64,000 nt of DNA from NCBI GenBank assembly GCA_963667035.1, contig OY762964.1, positions 1,824,001 to 1,888,000 of the forward strand, given 5' to 3'. A program made the position numbers and the translations under genes. Under the pieces are notes generated by a model. The model saw only the letters and a list, made by a program, of their open reading frames with translations. It was not told the DNA's origin and searched no databases. Every line of letters begins with the position of its first letter. Positions within the stretch are counted from its first letter, which is position 1. This DNA comes from Candidatus Cloacimonadales bacterium (lineage in GTDB: Bacteria > Cloacimonadota > Cloacimonadia > Cloacimonadales > JAFGVF01). Below, in pieces: positions 28,978 to 39,003 of this stretch.

Positions 28978-30700
28978 TGTTTTCTCTGAATACAAAAGTA
29001 AAATTATTGGCATAGTAATTGGAAATATTATTACTAATTTTCCTAGAGGATTCTTCAATGGAGTAATCTACTTTTTAATTCTTGGTTTAACGATTCCCAG
29101 TTTATCAGGAGATGCTGTAGATTTCGGTAAGTTAAACAGCTATTATATCATGTATCTTGTTGCTTTCTTTGTGTACATCCTCTTTTCAATCCTGAGTTCA
29201 ATCAATACTTTTGTCCAAAGCTATGGGATAAGCTCTGATATAAGAATGAAGTTAGGCGAGAAATTACGTAAATTATCATTAGGTTTTTTTAAAGATAATG
29301 ACCCGGGAGACGTTACTTCAAGAATGCTACATGATGTATCGAAAGCTGAAGAAACGCTTTCTCATTACATAATTGATTATATCAACGGTTTAATCATACC
29401 AATATTAATTGGTATATTCTTAGCTTTTGTTAACTACAAGCTCAGTTTAATTCTTCCGGTTACCATTATCATATCATTTGCTTTCTTCTATATCGCTAAG
29501 AGGATTATCAATGTAATGGGTAAAAAGCATCTTCAAGTTATAAATCAAACATCATCAAGAATACTTGAATACACAAGTTCAATAAAGCTTCTTAAATCAT
29601 TTAATATGGTCGGTGAAAGTTTTAACGAATTGGATAAATCATTACTTAAACTAAAGAAACTCAGCTTTAAAACAGAGGTCTGGTCCGGTATACCGGTTCA
29701 AATAGCATTACTCATACTTGATTTTGGTTATCTTATAATGTTATTCTATGGTGCAAAGATGTGTGTATCAGGATTGTTAGGAATTCCTGAGTTCTTTACC
29801 TATGCAATTCTTGGATTCTACTTCTTTGAGCCCGTGAAACAGGTAGGTATATCGGTTGTTCTTATGCGTCACGCAAAAAACTCTCTGGATAGAATAGATG
29901 ATATTCTTTCAAAAGAAGAATCAGATTATTATAAAAACCAACAACTTTCGGATGAAAATAGTATTGAATTTAAAGATGTCACTTTTACTTATAATGACAC
30001 TCCTGTTCTTAAAAACATCAGTTGTAACTTCCCTCAAAAAAGTATGACGGCACTTGTCGGTATCTCAGGTGCAGGCAAGACAACTATAACAAGTTTGATA
30101 GCAAGATTCTGGGAAATTCAGAAAGGAATCATCACACTAGGTGGAATCAATATTAAGAAAATAAAACCTGAGTTACTTCTTTCAAAGATATCAATGGTTT
30201 TCCAAGATGTGTATCTTTTTAATGATACAATTCTTAACAACATTCGTGTTGGAGACCTCAAAGCTACTGATGAAGAAGTTATCCAAGCGGCGAAACTTGC
30301 TCAATGCCACAATTTCATCAGCACTTTACCTAAGGGATATAATACGCTTGTAAGTGAAGGAGGAAGATCTCTTTCCGGAGGAGAAAAACAGAGAATCTCG
30401 ATAGCCCGTGCGATCCTTAAAAAAGCAGATGTAATCCTACTGGATGAAGCTACAGCATCTTTAGATCCTGAGAATGAAAATGAAATACAACTGGCTCTTG
30501 ATAATCTTACAAAAGATAAAACTATCATTGTAATCGCACATAAGTTTTCCTCAATCATGAATGCAGATAATATTCTTGTCCTAAATGAAGGCAAGATTAT
30601 CGAAAGTGGAAAGCATACAGAGCTAATAATGAAAGATGGATTGTATCGTAAACTCTGGAACTTACAGAAACAATCCGGTAGTTGGAAGATGGTAAACTAA
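28967..30700 (+). CDS. ABC transporter fused permease/ATPase (YbtQ/IrtB-like half)
   Basis: ATG at 28967 after GGAGG; GEKLRKLSLGFF, GISGAGKTT, LSGGEKQRISIARA, LLDEATASLDPENE. Confidence 0.9.
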   Translation: MKNSVFSEYKSKIIGIVIGNIITNFPRGFFNGVIYFLILGLTIPSLSGDAVDFGKLNSYYIMYLVAFFVYILFSILSSINTFVQSYGISSDIRMKLGEKLRKLSLGFFKDNDPGDVTSRMLHDVSKAEETLSHYIIDYINGLIIPILIGIFLAFVNYKLSLILPVTIIISFAFFYIAKRIINVMGKKHLQVINQTSSRILEYTSSIKLLKSFNMVGESFNELDKSLLKLKKLSFKTEVWSGIPVQIALLILDFGYLIMLFYGAKMCVSGLLGIPEFFTYAILGFYFFEPVKQVGISVVLMRHAKNSLDRIDDILSKEESDYYKNQQLSDENSIEFKDVTFTYNDTPVLKNISCNFPQKSMTALVGISGAGKTTITSLIARFWEIQKGIITLGGINIKKIKPELLLSKISMVFQDVYLFNDTILNNIRVGDLKATDEEVIQAAKLAQCHNFISTLPKGYNTLVSEGGRSLSGGEKQRISIARAILKKADVILLDEATASLDPENENEIQLALDNLTKDKTIIVIAHKFSSIMNADNILVLNEGKIIESGKHTELIMKDGLYRKLWNLQKQSGSWKMVN

Positions 30701-30722
30701 CTATATTCATTATAATCCATTC

Positions 30723-30758
30723 AGGCTGTTGGTTAAAATTCATTCCAACAGCCTTTTT
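30723..30758 (+). terminator. Intrinsic terminator after the ABC pair
   Basis: AGGCTGTTGG ... CCAACAGCCT followed by TTTT. Confidence 0.75.
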
Positions 30759-31107
30759 ATTTGTATTTGTAGAACAAATAGTAATTCAAAATATAAAAGA
30801 TAAACTCTTATCCAAAGGTTTAGGATGATTGGGAGATGATTAACAAAGAGAAGTAAGAGACAATACTACAAAGAATTCCTTGTTTTCAAATAGTATAAAT
30901 ATTCAAATACGTATACTATTCAATATCTTTTTCATAGACAGAAATACTTGCAGTTGGTTTTTTGTTATTTGTAATATTATATATAAAGTAGTATATACAG
31001 CTAGCCTCAATTTTTGATAAGAAAATTCTATCAGAACCAATCGTTCTAGAATAGCAAAGGAATCAGGAGTAGGTAAGCAAAGTATAAATAAGTTTTTGGA
31101 GGAATCC

Positions 31108-32823
31108 ATGCAAAAGAAATGGATTGGGATAGGCTGTTTATCAGTTTTAGCCGTTATTGTTCTCTTTTTCTACGGAACATCCCGAATGTTGAAAGGGATA
31201 ACTAAGAACCAGAAGAAAATTACAGAGAATAGTTGGCTGGTTATTGACTTGAAGGGAATGGTAAATGAGCATAGTTTATATGAAGATGACATGTTTGGAC
31301 TAAGTTCAACCGGATTGTCAGATGTAATGGAGAAACTAGCACAAGCAGCTAATGATGAAAAGATTAAGGGAATAGTTATAAAACCCAAGAGTGCTTTTAT
31401 GGGGATGTCACAAGTTAATGAGTTTCATCATTTAATAAAGGAATTCAAGCTGAGTGGCAAGCCTGTTGTTTCATATCTCGATACCGCAGTAGGATCTGAT
31501 TATTTTTTAAGTAGTGCAGCGGATGAAATCTGGTTAAATCCATCCCATTCAGCAGGAATAGTATTAAATGAAGTAGGTGCTACCGTTGTATTCTATAAGG
31601 ATTTACTAGCAAAATTAGGAATTAAAATCAATGTAATTCATGCTGGTAAATACAAGAGTGCGGGAGATTCCTTTTCAAGGACTTCCATGTCTCCGGCAAT
31701 GAAAGAAAGTTATACTGCTGTATTCGAAGAGAGATATAATAAATTGAAGCAATTCATTAGTCAAGCTAGAGATATAACCCCTGAGCAGGCTGATGACATA
31801 TACCAGAAACGTGATAGTTTCTTCATTAAAGGTGATTTTGCTAAAGAGTCAGGTTTAGTAGACGAACTTGGATATGAAGGTGACCTTTATGATAAATACG
31901 GTATTCGTGAAAACAAACTAATCAAGATTTCCGAGTACGGAAAACCTCAATTCCCTTATCCCGGAGATAAAGTGGCTATTGTTTTTGCAGAAGGAGCTAT
32001 CTCTTCTGTTAGTTCCGGTGCGACACCTAATATATCTTCCAATAAACTTAATAAAGTACTTGATAAACTTTCAGATGACCCCAGCATAAAAGCAGTTGTT
32101 TTAAGAGTTAACAGCCCCGGAGGTTCTTCTCTTGAATCTGACATTATAGCACAAAGAATCAGAATGTTGAAAGAGAAGAAACCCGTAGTTGTGTCAATGG
32201 GAAGTGTAGCTGCATCAGGAGGATATTATATCAGTGCACCTTGCGATTATATATACGCCGACCCGTTCACAGTTACAGGTTCTATCGGTGTCATTATGAT
32301 GTTCCCTGATGTTAGTAAACTTGGTGAAGATATAGGAATTAAGACAGAAACTATCAGCATGAGTAAGTTCCATAGCGTAAACAACATTTGGTCAGAGCGT
32401 TCACCAATGATGTTAGAATCACTTGAGCAAGAAGTAAACTCTGTGTATACTGAATTCAAGAGTGTAGTCTCTCAAGGAAGAAAGATGCCTATGAGTGAAG
32501 TTGAGAAGTATGCTCAAGGACGTGTTTGGGGTGCTGATTTAGCATTAAAGCATGGTCTTGTTGATGAAATAGGTACTCTTAACAATGCTGTAAACAAAGC
32601 AGCTCAATTAGGTAATCTAGAAGCTTACACAGTTTCAACCTACCCTAGAAAGAAATCTGTGTTCGAATACTTGATGGAGAACAAAGACCATTTATTTTCA
32701 ATGGCATTACAAAATCATGGTAGCATCAAATCACAGTTAATGCAAAAAGCTGAGAATCTGGAAAGAATGCTTAATGAATATCGTATGTATATGATAATGC
32801 CTTATGAGTTGGAATTTGAATAA
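31108..32823 (+). CDS. sppA: Signal peptide peptidase SppA (long type)
   Basis: GKYKSAG, VLRVNSPGGS, SMGSVAASGGYY, TGSIGV, AQGRVW; GGAGG RBS before the ATG at 31108. Confidence 0.94.
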   Translation: MQKKWIGIGCLSVLAVIVLFFYGTSRMLKGITKNQKKITENSWLVIDLKGMVNEHSLYEDDMFGLSSTGLSDVMEKLAQAANDEKIKGIVIKPKSAFMGMSQVNEFHHLIKEFKLSGKPVVSYLDTAVGSDYFLSSAADEIWLNPSHSAGIVLNEVGATVVFYKDLLAKLGIKINVIHAGKYKSAGDSFSRTSMSPAMKESYTAVFEERYNKLKQFISQARDITPEQADDIYQKRDSFFIKGDFAKESGLVDELGYEGDLYDKYGIRENKLIKISEYGKPQFPYPGDKVAIVFAEGAISSVSSGATPNISSNKLNKVLDKLSDDPSIKAVVLRVNSPGGSSLESDIIAQRIRMLKEKKPVVVSMGSVAASGGYYISAPCDYIYADPFTVTGSIGVIMMFPDVSKLGEDIGIKTETISMSKFHSVNNIWSERSPMMLESLEQEVNSVYTEFKSVVSQGRKMPMSEVEKYAQGRVWGADLALKHGLVDEIGTLNNAVNKAAQLGNLEAYTVSTYPRKKSVFEYLMENKDHLFSMALQNHGSIKSQLMQKAENLERMLNEYRMYMIMPYELEFE

Positions 32824-32833
32824 AGAGGATACA

Positions 32834-34339
32834 ATGAGAAATGAAATAATAGTAAATGTACATCCTCTTGAAAAACGTCTTGCAGTCCTTGAAAACAATA
32901 AGCTTGTTGAGATGATTGTTGAAAAGAAGGACAAAGAAAACGTAGTTAATAATATATATAAAGGTACCGTAAAAGATGTCTTACCCGGAATGGGAGCCGC
33001 TTTTATCGATATAGGTCTTGATAGAACAGCCTTTCTACATTACTCTGATATAGTTGGAGATTTTCTTGAGTATTTCGATCAAGGAATCCCTGATAAGCTT
33101 ATGAATGACCACGATTCATCTAAGATTGGAGATATTTTAAAACCTGGACAAGAGATTGTAGTACAGGTGCAAAAAGGACCTATTAATAAGAAAGGTGCCA
33201 GATTAACGGGGCGTATTTCTCTTCCCGGTAAGTTCCTAGTCTTCTTTCCCAATCAGAGAAAGATAGCTATTTCACGAAAGATTACTAATCAGAATGAACG
33301 TAATCGTATTCGGAATATTCTAAAGGAAGTGAAAGATAAGAATGTAGGACTTATTGTCAGGACAGAAGGTGACGGATGTACTAAAGAGGAATTTGAAACT
33401 GAATATAAAGCCATGAGTAAGACATGGAGATTGATTGAGAAGCAAATTAAACATGCAAAACCTCCACTATGTGTTTTCGAAGAAAATGATTTAGCAAATG
33501 TACTTATTCGTGATTTATTCAGTGCTAAAGTTGATCATCTAGTGATAGATGATAAAGTTTTTACTAAATATATTAAGGGACAGATACAGGATGTTTCTCC
33601 CGAACTAGCTGACAGAGTTGAACATTATCAGGAAGATTCTCCGATTTTTGACGCTTATGGTATCGAGAAGAAAATTGAGTCTATCTTCCAGTCAAAGATT
33701 TATTTACCAAGTGGTGGAAACATTGTTATCGAACAAACCGAAGCAATGGTAGTTATAGACATTAACACCGGTAGCTTTACAGGGAAAACCAGCTATGAGC
33801 AGACTGTGAAAAAGACTAACATCGAAGCAGCAAGAGAGATTGCCAGACAGCTAAGATTGAGGGATTTAAGCGGTATTGTCGTAGTTGACTTTATTGACAT
33901 GAAAGAAGAGAGCAGTAGGGATGAAGTTATGACAGCTCTTAAAAAGGAGCTCAAGAAAGATAGAGCAAAAACAAAAGTCTATCCGTTTGGTCCTCTTGGC
34001 TTAGTAGATATCACACGTAAACGAGTTAGAAACTCTCTTATGTTAAGCTATTCAGAGCAATGTCCTCAATGCTTTGGTACAGGTAGGATAGTGTCCAGAG
34101 ATGCTGTTATGATGAGAATCAATCGTTGGGTGAGTAGAGCCGAGTACTTTTTAGCAAATGACAAGATAAAGATAAAAGTACATTCAAACGTAAGAAAGTA
34201 TTTACTGGATAATCCCAATGCTTTACGAAGTTATAGTCTGAAAGTTGATTTTGAGACAGATGATCTACTAAGACCTGATGAATTTAAAGTGTTGCGTCCT
34301 TCAGACGGAGCGGAAATCACTGAGGAATATAATGCTTGA
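32834..34339 (+). CDS. rng: Ribonuclease E/G family protein (RNase G-sized)
   Basis: NIYKG..AAFIDIG, KGARLT, VIDINTG, RLRDLSGIVVVDFIDM, CPQCFGTG. Confidence 0.9.
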   Translation: MRNEIIVNVHPLEKRLAVLENNKLVEMIVEKKDKENVVNNIYKGTVKDVLPGMGAAFIDIGLDRTAFLHYSDIVGDFLEYFDQGIPDKLMNDHDSSKIGDILKPGQEIVVQVQKGPINKKGARLTGRISLPGKFLVFFPNQRKIAISRKITNQNERNRIRNILKEVKDKNVGLIVRTEGDGCTKEEFETEYKAMSKTWRLIEKQIKHAKPPLCVFEENDLANVLIRDLFSAKVDHLVIDDKVFTKYIKGQIQDVSPELADRVEHYQEDSPIFDAYGIEKKIESIFQSKIYLPSGGNIVIEQTEAMVVIDINTGSFTGKTSYEQTVKKTNIEAAREIARQLRLRDLSGIVVVDFIDMKEESSRDEVMTALKKELKKDRAKTKVYPFGPLGLVDITRKRVRNSLMLSYSEQCPQCFGTGRIVSRDAVMMRINRWVSRAEYFLANDKIKIKVHSNVRKYLLDNPNALRSYSLKVDFETDDLLRPDEFKVLRPSDGAEITEEYNA

Positions 34340-34405
34340 CAGTAGTCCTACCCCAAATTTATTTGCAAAAATCATTAGATGGTTTTAATAATTAAGGAGA
34401 TATAG

Positions 34406-34732
34406 ATGTACGCTATAGTTGAATTTAGAGGTACACAGCTCAAAGTAGAAAACAACGCTGTGGTGAAAGTACCTTATCTCGCTGAGATGAAACAAGGCGA
34501 GAAAGTTGAAATCAGCGATGTTCTTATGCTAAGAACAGACGACGATATCAAAATTGGTACCCCCGTTGTCCCCGATGTAAAAGTCATCGCCGAAGTTATA
34601 TCAGACCCTGAAGATCTTAAATACAGGGATAAGAAAATAATCGTTTTCAAGAAGAAAAAAAGAAAAGGCTTCCGTAAAAAAAGAGGTCACAAGCAGAAAT
34701 ACTCTCTTCTTAGAATTGAAAGCATTAAATAA
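34406..34732 (+). CDS. rplU: 50S ribosomal protein L21
   Basis: MYAIVE..G.Q.KV, KIIVFKKK.RKG, GHKQ. Confidence 0.96.
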   Translation: MYAIVEFRGTQLKVENNAVVKVPYLAEMKQGEKVEISDVLMLRTDDDIKIGTPVVPDVKVIAEVISDPEDLKYRDKKIIVFKKKKRKGFRKKRGHKQKYSLLRIESIK

Positions 34733-34750
34733 ACAAAGAGGATTTAGTAC

Positions 34751-35005
34751 ATGGCACATAAGAAAGGTGTTGGAAGTAGTAAGAACGGCCGCGATAGTAA
34801 CCCTCAATATCTGGGTGTTAAGAAATATGGCGGTGAGTTAGTTAAAGCCGGTAACATCATCGTACGTCAGCGTGGGACTAAATTCCATCCTGGCAACAAC
34901 GTTGGCATAGGTAAAGATCACACTATCTTCAGTCTTATTGAAGGTAATGTTAAGTTTGAAACCAAAGCTAAAGGTAGAAAGTTCATCAGCGTTTATCCTG
35001 CATAA
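34751..35005 (+). CDS. rpmA: 50S ribosomal protein L27
   Basis: [29 protein letters not shown]. Confidence 0.98.
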   Translation: MAHKKGVGSSKNGRDSNPQYLGVKKYGGELVKAGNIIVRQRGTKFHPGNNVGIGKDHTIFSLIEGNVKFETKAKGRKFISVYPA

Positions 35006-35024
35006 ACTTTCCCTACATAAATTT

Positions 35025-35051
35025 AAAAGCCTGCTTTTCAGCAGGCTTTTT
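35025..35051. terminator. Bidirectional terminator between rpmA and the M23 gene
   Basis: AAAAGCCTGC-TTTTCA-GCAGGCTTTTT between convergent genes. Confidence 0.8.
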
Positions 35052-35074
35052 CTTTATTCTTAAAACCATCATTA

Positions 35075-35923
35075 TCAATCAATCCAATTATACACTCTCT
35101 GCTCTGAATTCTCATCTACCAAGAACATAGGATTGAGCTTCTTATCAAACCAATAAGTTTGCCAATGAAGATGGGGACCTGTAGATCTTCCGGTAGAACC
35201 AACCTCTCCTATCACTTGATTACGAGTAACTGTCTGACCTTCTTTAATCTTTATTTTGCTTAAATGGAAATACTCGGAGCTAAGCCCTAAACCGTGATCG
35301 ATGAATATGAAATTACCACTATAATAGAAATCATCAATAAGTACAACAACTCCATCTGCCATTGCTCTTACATTAGCCCCCATACCTTTAGCTATATCGG
35401 TTCCTGTGTGAATACTTTCTTTCCAACCATTGTATACTCGCTTAGAACCGAATTTAGTAGATATTCTTCCAGTATATGTTGGTTGTTGAATCTCATTGAA
35501 ATACTGCTTATCAGTCCTAGATAAAGCCTTTCGAGTGCTAACTTTGATATAGTATTCCTTCTCTAGTCTTTGTTTAAGTTCTTCGCTCTTGGGTGGGTCA
35601 ATCATCTCAGGAGCAACAGTAATGGAATCAATTTGCCCGGCATCGTATCCAGGTATCGGTAAGTTTATTTGTATCCTTTGGCTCGCATTGATATTAATGA
35701 CTAACGTTCCATTTCTGTTCTCTCCCAAACCAAAACCAAAAATAAACTTATCACCATCCATTTTTAACTCCCGGCTATTGAAAGAAATCTGTTCTACATC
35801 TCTAAGAACCTTACCTTGTATCAGGCCACACTCGGTAAAATCACCTGTAAGTTCAACGACCCTCTCAGCCTGTAATCCTAAAATAAAAAGCAACAGGAAA
35901 ACAATAACCATTCTACATCTCAT
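35075..35923 (-). CDS. M23 family metallopeptidase
   Basis: Signal peptide; HTGTD, YFHLS and GRSTGPHLHW with intact zinc ligands. Confidence 0.9.
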   Translation of the reverse strand: MRCRMVIVFLLLFILGLQAERVVELTGDFTECGLIQGKVLRDVEQISFNSRELKMDGDKFIFGFGLGENRNGTLVININASQRIQINLPIPGYDAGQIDSITVAPEMIDPPKSEELKQRLEKEYYIKVSTRKALSRTDKQYFNEIQQPTYTGRISTKFGSKRVYNGWKESIHTGTDIAKGMGANVRAMADGVVVLIDDFYYSGNFIFIDHGLGLSSEYFHLSKIKIKEGQTVTRNQVIGEVGSTGRSTGPHLHWQTYWFDKKLNPMFLVDENSEQRVYNWID

Positions 35924-36384
35924 TAGTTTACATCTCCCAAATAAATAGGTCCATTATATGACTTATCTCGGATAATTCCCTTTAAAGTCTTGGGATATAG
36001 TCTGACATTTGGTAAACTATCAATATCAATCCATTCTACACCTGTCTGATACGGATCTTTATGTTCACCTACTTCAGGCATACATCCATCAACAAGACTA
36101 GCTTCAAACATAAACTCAATTTGATGTACGTGATTATCAAATTCAGCAAACTCATGATTATCTGAGAGATATTCTCTAATGTAGAGAAGCTTTCCCGGAA
36201 CAACCTCGCAGTTTATCTCTTCTCTACACTCTCTGCGTAAAGTCTCCGGCATCGTCTCATAATGCTCTTGTCCCCCACCAGGTAGTAGATAGAAAATACC
36301 CAGATGGTCCTTACACTTAATCGTTAACAGTTTATCATCTTTTACAATAATTGCCTTTATGGAATTTCTTATTTTCTTAGTCAT
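35923..36384 (-). CDS. NUDIX hydrolase
   Basis: LPGGGQEHYETMPETLRRECREEI Nudix box. Confidence 0.9.
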   Translation of the reverse strand: MTKKIRNSIKAIIVKDDKLLTIKCKDHLGIFYLLPGGGQEHYETMPETLRRECREEINCEVVPGKLLYIREYLSDNHEFAEFDNHVHQIEFMFEASLVDGCMPEVGEHKDPYQTGVEWIDIDSLPNVRLYPKTLKGIIRDKSYNGPIYLGDVN

Positions 36385-36504
36385 ATATAACTCCTCTATA
36401 CGAAAACAAGGATTCTAACTATTCATGTAAAGTAAAAGTCATAAAGAAAAGGGTTTTTACAATTACTACATCATTGGAATTGGTATTGATTTCGAGCTAC
36501 TTAT

Positions 36505-37854
36505 TTATTCTATGAGAGCTTCAATTCTTTTTCTTAGCGTTTCACTATCAGGGATTTGTGATGAATATGCCAATTTTCCGTTAATTAGCATAGTAGGAAT
36601 AGATTTTATGTTAAGTGCTTTAATCAAAGCAACTCCCTCTTTTGTAGTTGATTTATACTCCCGTAACTCCACCTTATCCTCTAAGCCTATGATTGACTCA
36701 TGAACAGCTTTCACCATATACAGACAAGGCGGACAAGAACCGGAGTCCTGAGTTATAACTTCAATAATCAGCTTACCGTAGTTTTTATAATCAATTAAGT
36801 CTATGGAATCATTTACAACGTCCATGCTCTCTGCACTAATCGCTTTTTTACACCTGCACTTACAATGTACTGTATCTGCAACTGTAACTAAGTTCTCAAT
36901 AGGAGTATCATAAGGTAAATCACATCCCGGAGCCAAGAGGTAACCTAGTTCTCCCCCATCTTGCAAGCATTCGATTGTATGTTTCATGACTTGCGTTTTA
37001 GTTCCATGAAGTAGAACCTCACCTAGATTCAAGTTTCCACTAAACGATTTCTTATATTTATGACCAAGTTCTCTCATATAGCTCAATGAGATATTATCAT
37101 CTATTGATAAGTTGTCACAATCTGTTTTACACATAACTTCGAGATTACGCGTTGCATCCCCACAGACAAATAAAGAGCTTATCAATCCTGCTTTTCTAAT
37201 CTCTTTAAAAACTCTATTAACATAAGGTGCAACAAAGTTATTAAATTGCCCAGGAGTAATCTGACTTATCATCGGATCAACAACAGCAATAACATCTACT
37301 TTGTTATAAACATAGAACCCAGCTGTTTTCATTGTAATATCCGTACAATAATCCACTACTTCCTTAATCTTTTCAGGTTCTTTAATCATACCGAGTAACA
37401 TGTCATAACCGCATAAATGTAATGCAAGGGTAAATGGTCCCGTCACAAGTCCGTAAAGAGCAATACTTTCTTTGACCTTATCTTTAACTGCATGGATAGC
37501 TTTAGCTATTTCCTTAAAACGATTACTCTCGGTTTTGTATTTTGGTAAGTCTATTAAATCTTTGCTTCTTAATGGATGTGAAACAACAGCAGGAGGTAGT
37601 TTGTCGCTCCACTTTAGTTCACATCCTAATTGCTCAGCCTCTAACTGTAAGTCAAAGACAATAGGTAGCCCATCCGGTTTATATAATTCAACAGCTTTTA
37701 AAAGTCCTTTTGCAATCATTCTCCCCGATTGCAGATACTCATTAGCACTGATACCTAATAATTTACCACCGTGAACTCCGACAAACGGTACCCATGGTAT
37801 ACGATTGGTCTCCTCTCTATGTAATGCATTAATAACGAGTTCTTTACCTGTCAT
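36505..37854 (-). CDS. Uroporphyrinogen decarboxylase/MtaA-like TIM barrel fused to a C-terminal thioredoxin-like domain
   Basis: PWVPF, DLQLEAE.LGC, GPFTLA, VCGD, GNL, LAPGCDLP; C-terminal SCPPCLYM and IKSIPTMLING. Confidence 0.85.
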   Translation of the reverse strand: MTGKELVINALHREETNRIPWVPFVGVHGGKLLGISANEYLQSGRMIAKGLLKAVELYKPDGLPIVFDLQLEAEQLGCELKWSDKLPPAVVSHPLRSKDLIDLPKYKTESNRFKEIAKAIHAVKDKVKESIALYGLVTGPFTLALHLCGYDMLLGMIKEPEKIKEVVDYCTDITMKTAGFYVYNKVDVIAVVDPMISQITPGQFNNFVAPYVNRVFKEIRKAGLISSLFVCGDATRNLEVMCKTDCDNLSIDDNISLSYMRELGHKYKKSFSGNLNLGEVLLHGTKTQVMKHTIECLQDGGELGYLLAPGCDLPYDTPIENLVTVADTVHCKCRCKKAISAESMDVVNDSIDLIDYKNYGKLIIEVITQDSGSCPPCLYMVKAVHESIIGLEDKVELREYKSTTKEGVALIKALNIKSIPTMLINGKLAYSSQIPDSETLRKRIEALIE

Positions 37855-37897
37855 ACTAATAACTTATCCTTTTAGTTATCTCGAAAGATGTACCTTC

Positions 37898-38448
37898 TCA
37901 GGGATTACTTTTACAAACAATTGTTACTGAATTCTTATGCACAAGTTCTTTTACCAAAAGCATACCTAAGCCGATTCCCTTCTCATTATCTGTACCTAGA
38001 GTTGTTAGTCTGGATGATTTAAATAGGTTTATTACTTTATCTTTATCCATCCCAACACCATAATCACGAATAGTGATAATCATGTTCTGCTCTTGAACTG
38101 TGTATGACACATCTATCTTTGATGAATTGTGAGAGTACTTAATATCATTTTGAATCACATTTCTAAAGATAGTATTCACGGAAGTTATCTCACCCTTAAT
38201 CTTAGTCTCACTCAAGAGCAATGTTGCAATAATATATAGCGTTTTTATAATAGTCGATAGACATGTAAGTATAACATATATTAGTTAGTATACGATATAT
38301 AAACCTGTCCTCGTTCCGATTGTGTTTTCCTGAATAAAAATATGCTTTCATAAAGTGCTTTAAAGCTTTACATTAATTTATCAAAGCCACCTTTATCTTT
38401 CTTTACAGTATAAACATAAAGTTGCTTCAGACTCTCGACAATGTTCAT
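37898..38448 (-). pseudogene. Decayed TPR-sensor histidine kinase
   Basis: AGGAGG and ATG at 38448 with an early TAA; another frame gives TPR-like RILTNICYTYMSIDYYKNAIYYCNIALE*; a further frame gives HATPase boxes (NVIQNDIKYS, IRDYGVGM, GTDNEKGIGLGM); no H-box. Confidence 0.75.
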
Positions 38449-38599
38449 ATCGCCTCCTATTGATATTCTAAAACTCACTATTACATCTCTAATGTCAATC
38501 AATTTCATATATTAATGATGCTTAAACCGTATCTATTTATACATGTGTTTGTTTATCCTGATGGTTAGGCGAATAACAATAGAAATAGTAACTCTTTGA

Positions 38600-38629
38600 G
38601 CTATGTGCAAGTGATGGCACTCGCACTAC
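38600..38629 (-). repeat. GTAG-type REP-like hairpin, second copy
   Basis: Minus strand GTAGTGCGAGTGCCATCACTTGCACATAGC, 25/30 identical to 16391-16420. Confidence 0.65.
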
Positions 38630-39003
38630 AATTAATGTATCGACACAGACGATGTAGATCAAAAGTTATATGTGTGAACCGTCTATGTCAATTCATCTCA
38701 ACAAAGCTTAAAAACTCTCCAATGTTTAGCTTTAAATTTCCGTACATCTCATGAGATGCCCGTTAGCTCCCCGTTAGAAACTCGTTACAATAGTAGGGAA
38801 TCAGATTGGAATCAAATTGCTATTCGGTCTATATGATATCATTATTGAGAAAGTGCTAATATTCGATGAGAAAACAAAATAGTTGTATAGATTTGAAAGG
38901 ATTTATAGAGTATTCGACCCACTTCCGGATCAATGTATCTTTTTATATAGTTTCCATACACTTCGTACATGGCTACTCACATTTAATCCCCTTAGGATTA
39001 ACA

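Noticed and set aside
38500..38980. Riboswitch or tRNA-Sec in the long non-coding stretch near selAB
   Set aside because: No cloverleaf or recognisable riboswitch core; the one clear hairpin is the REP-like copy.
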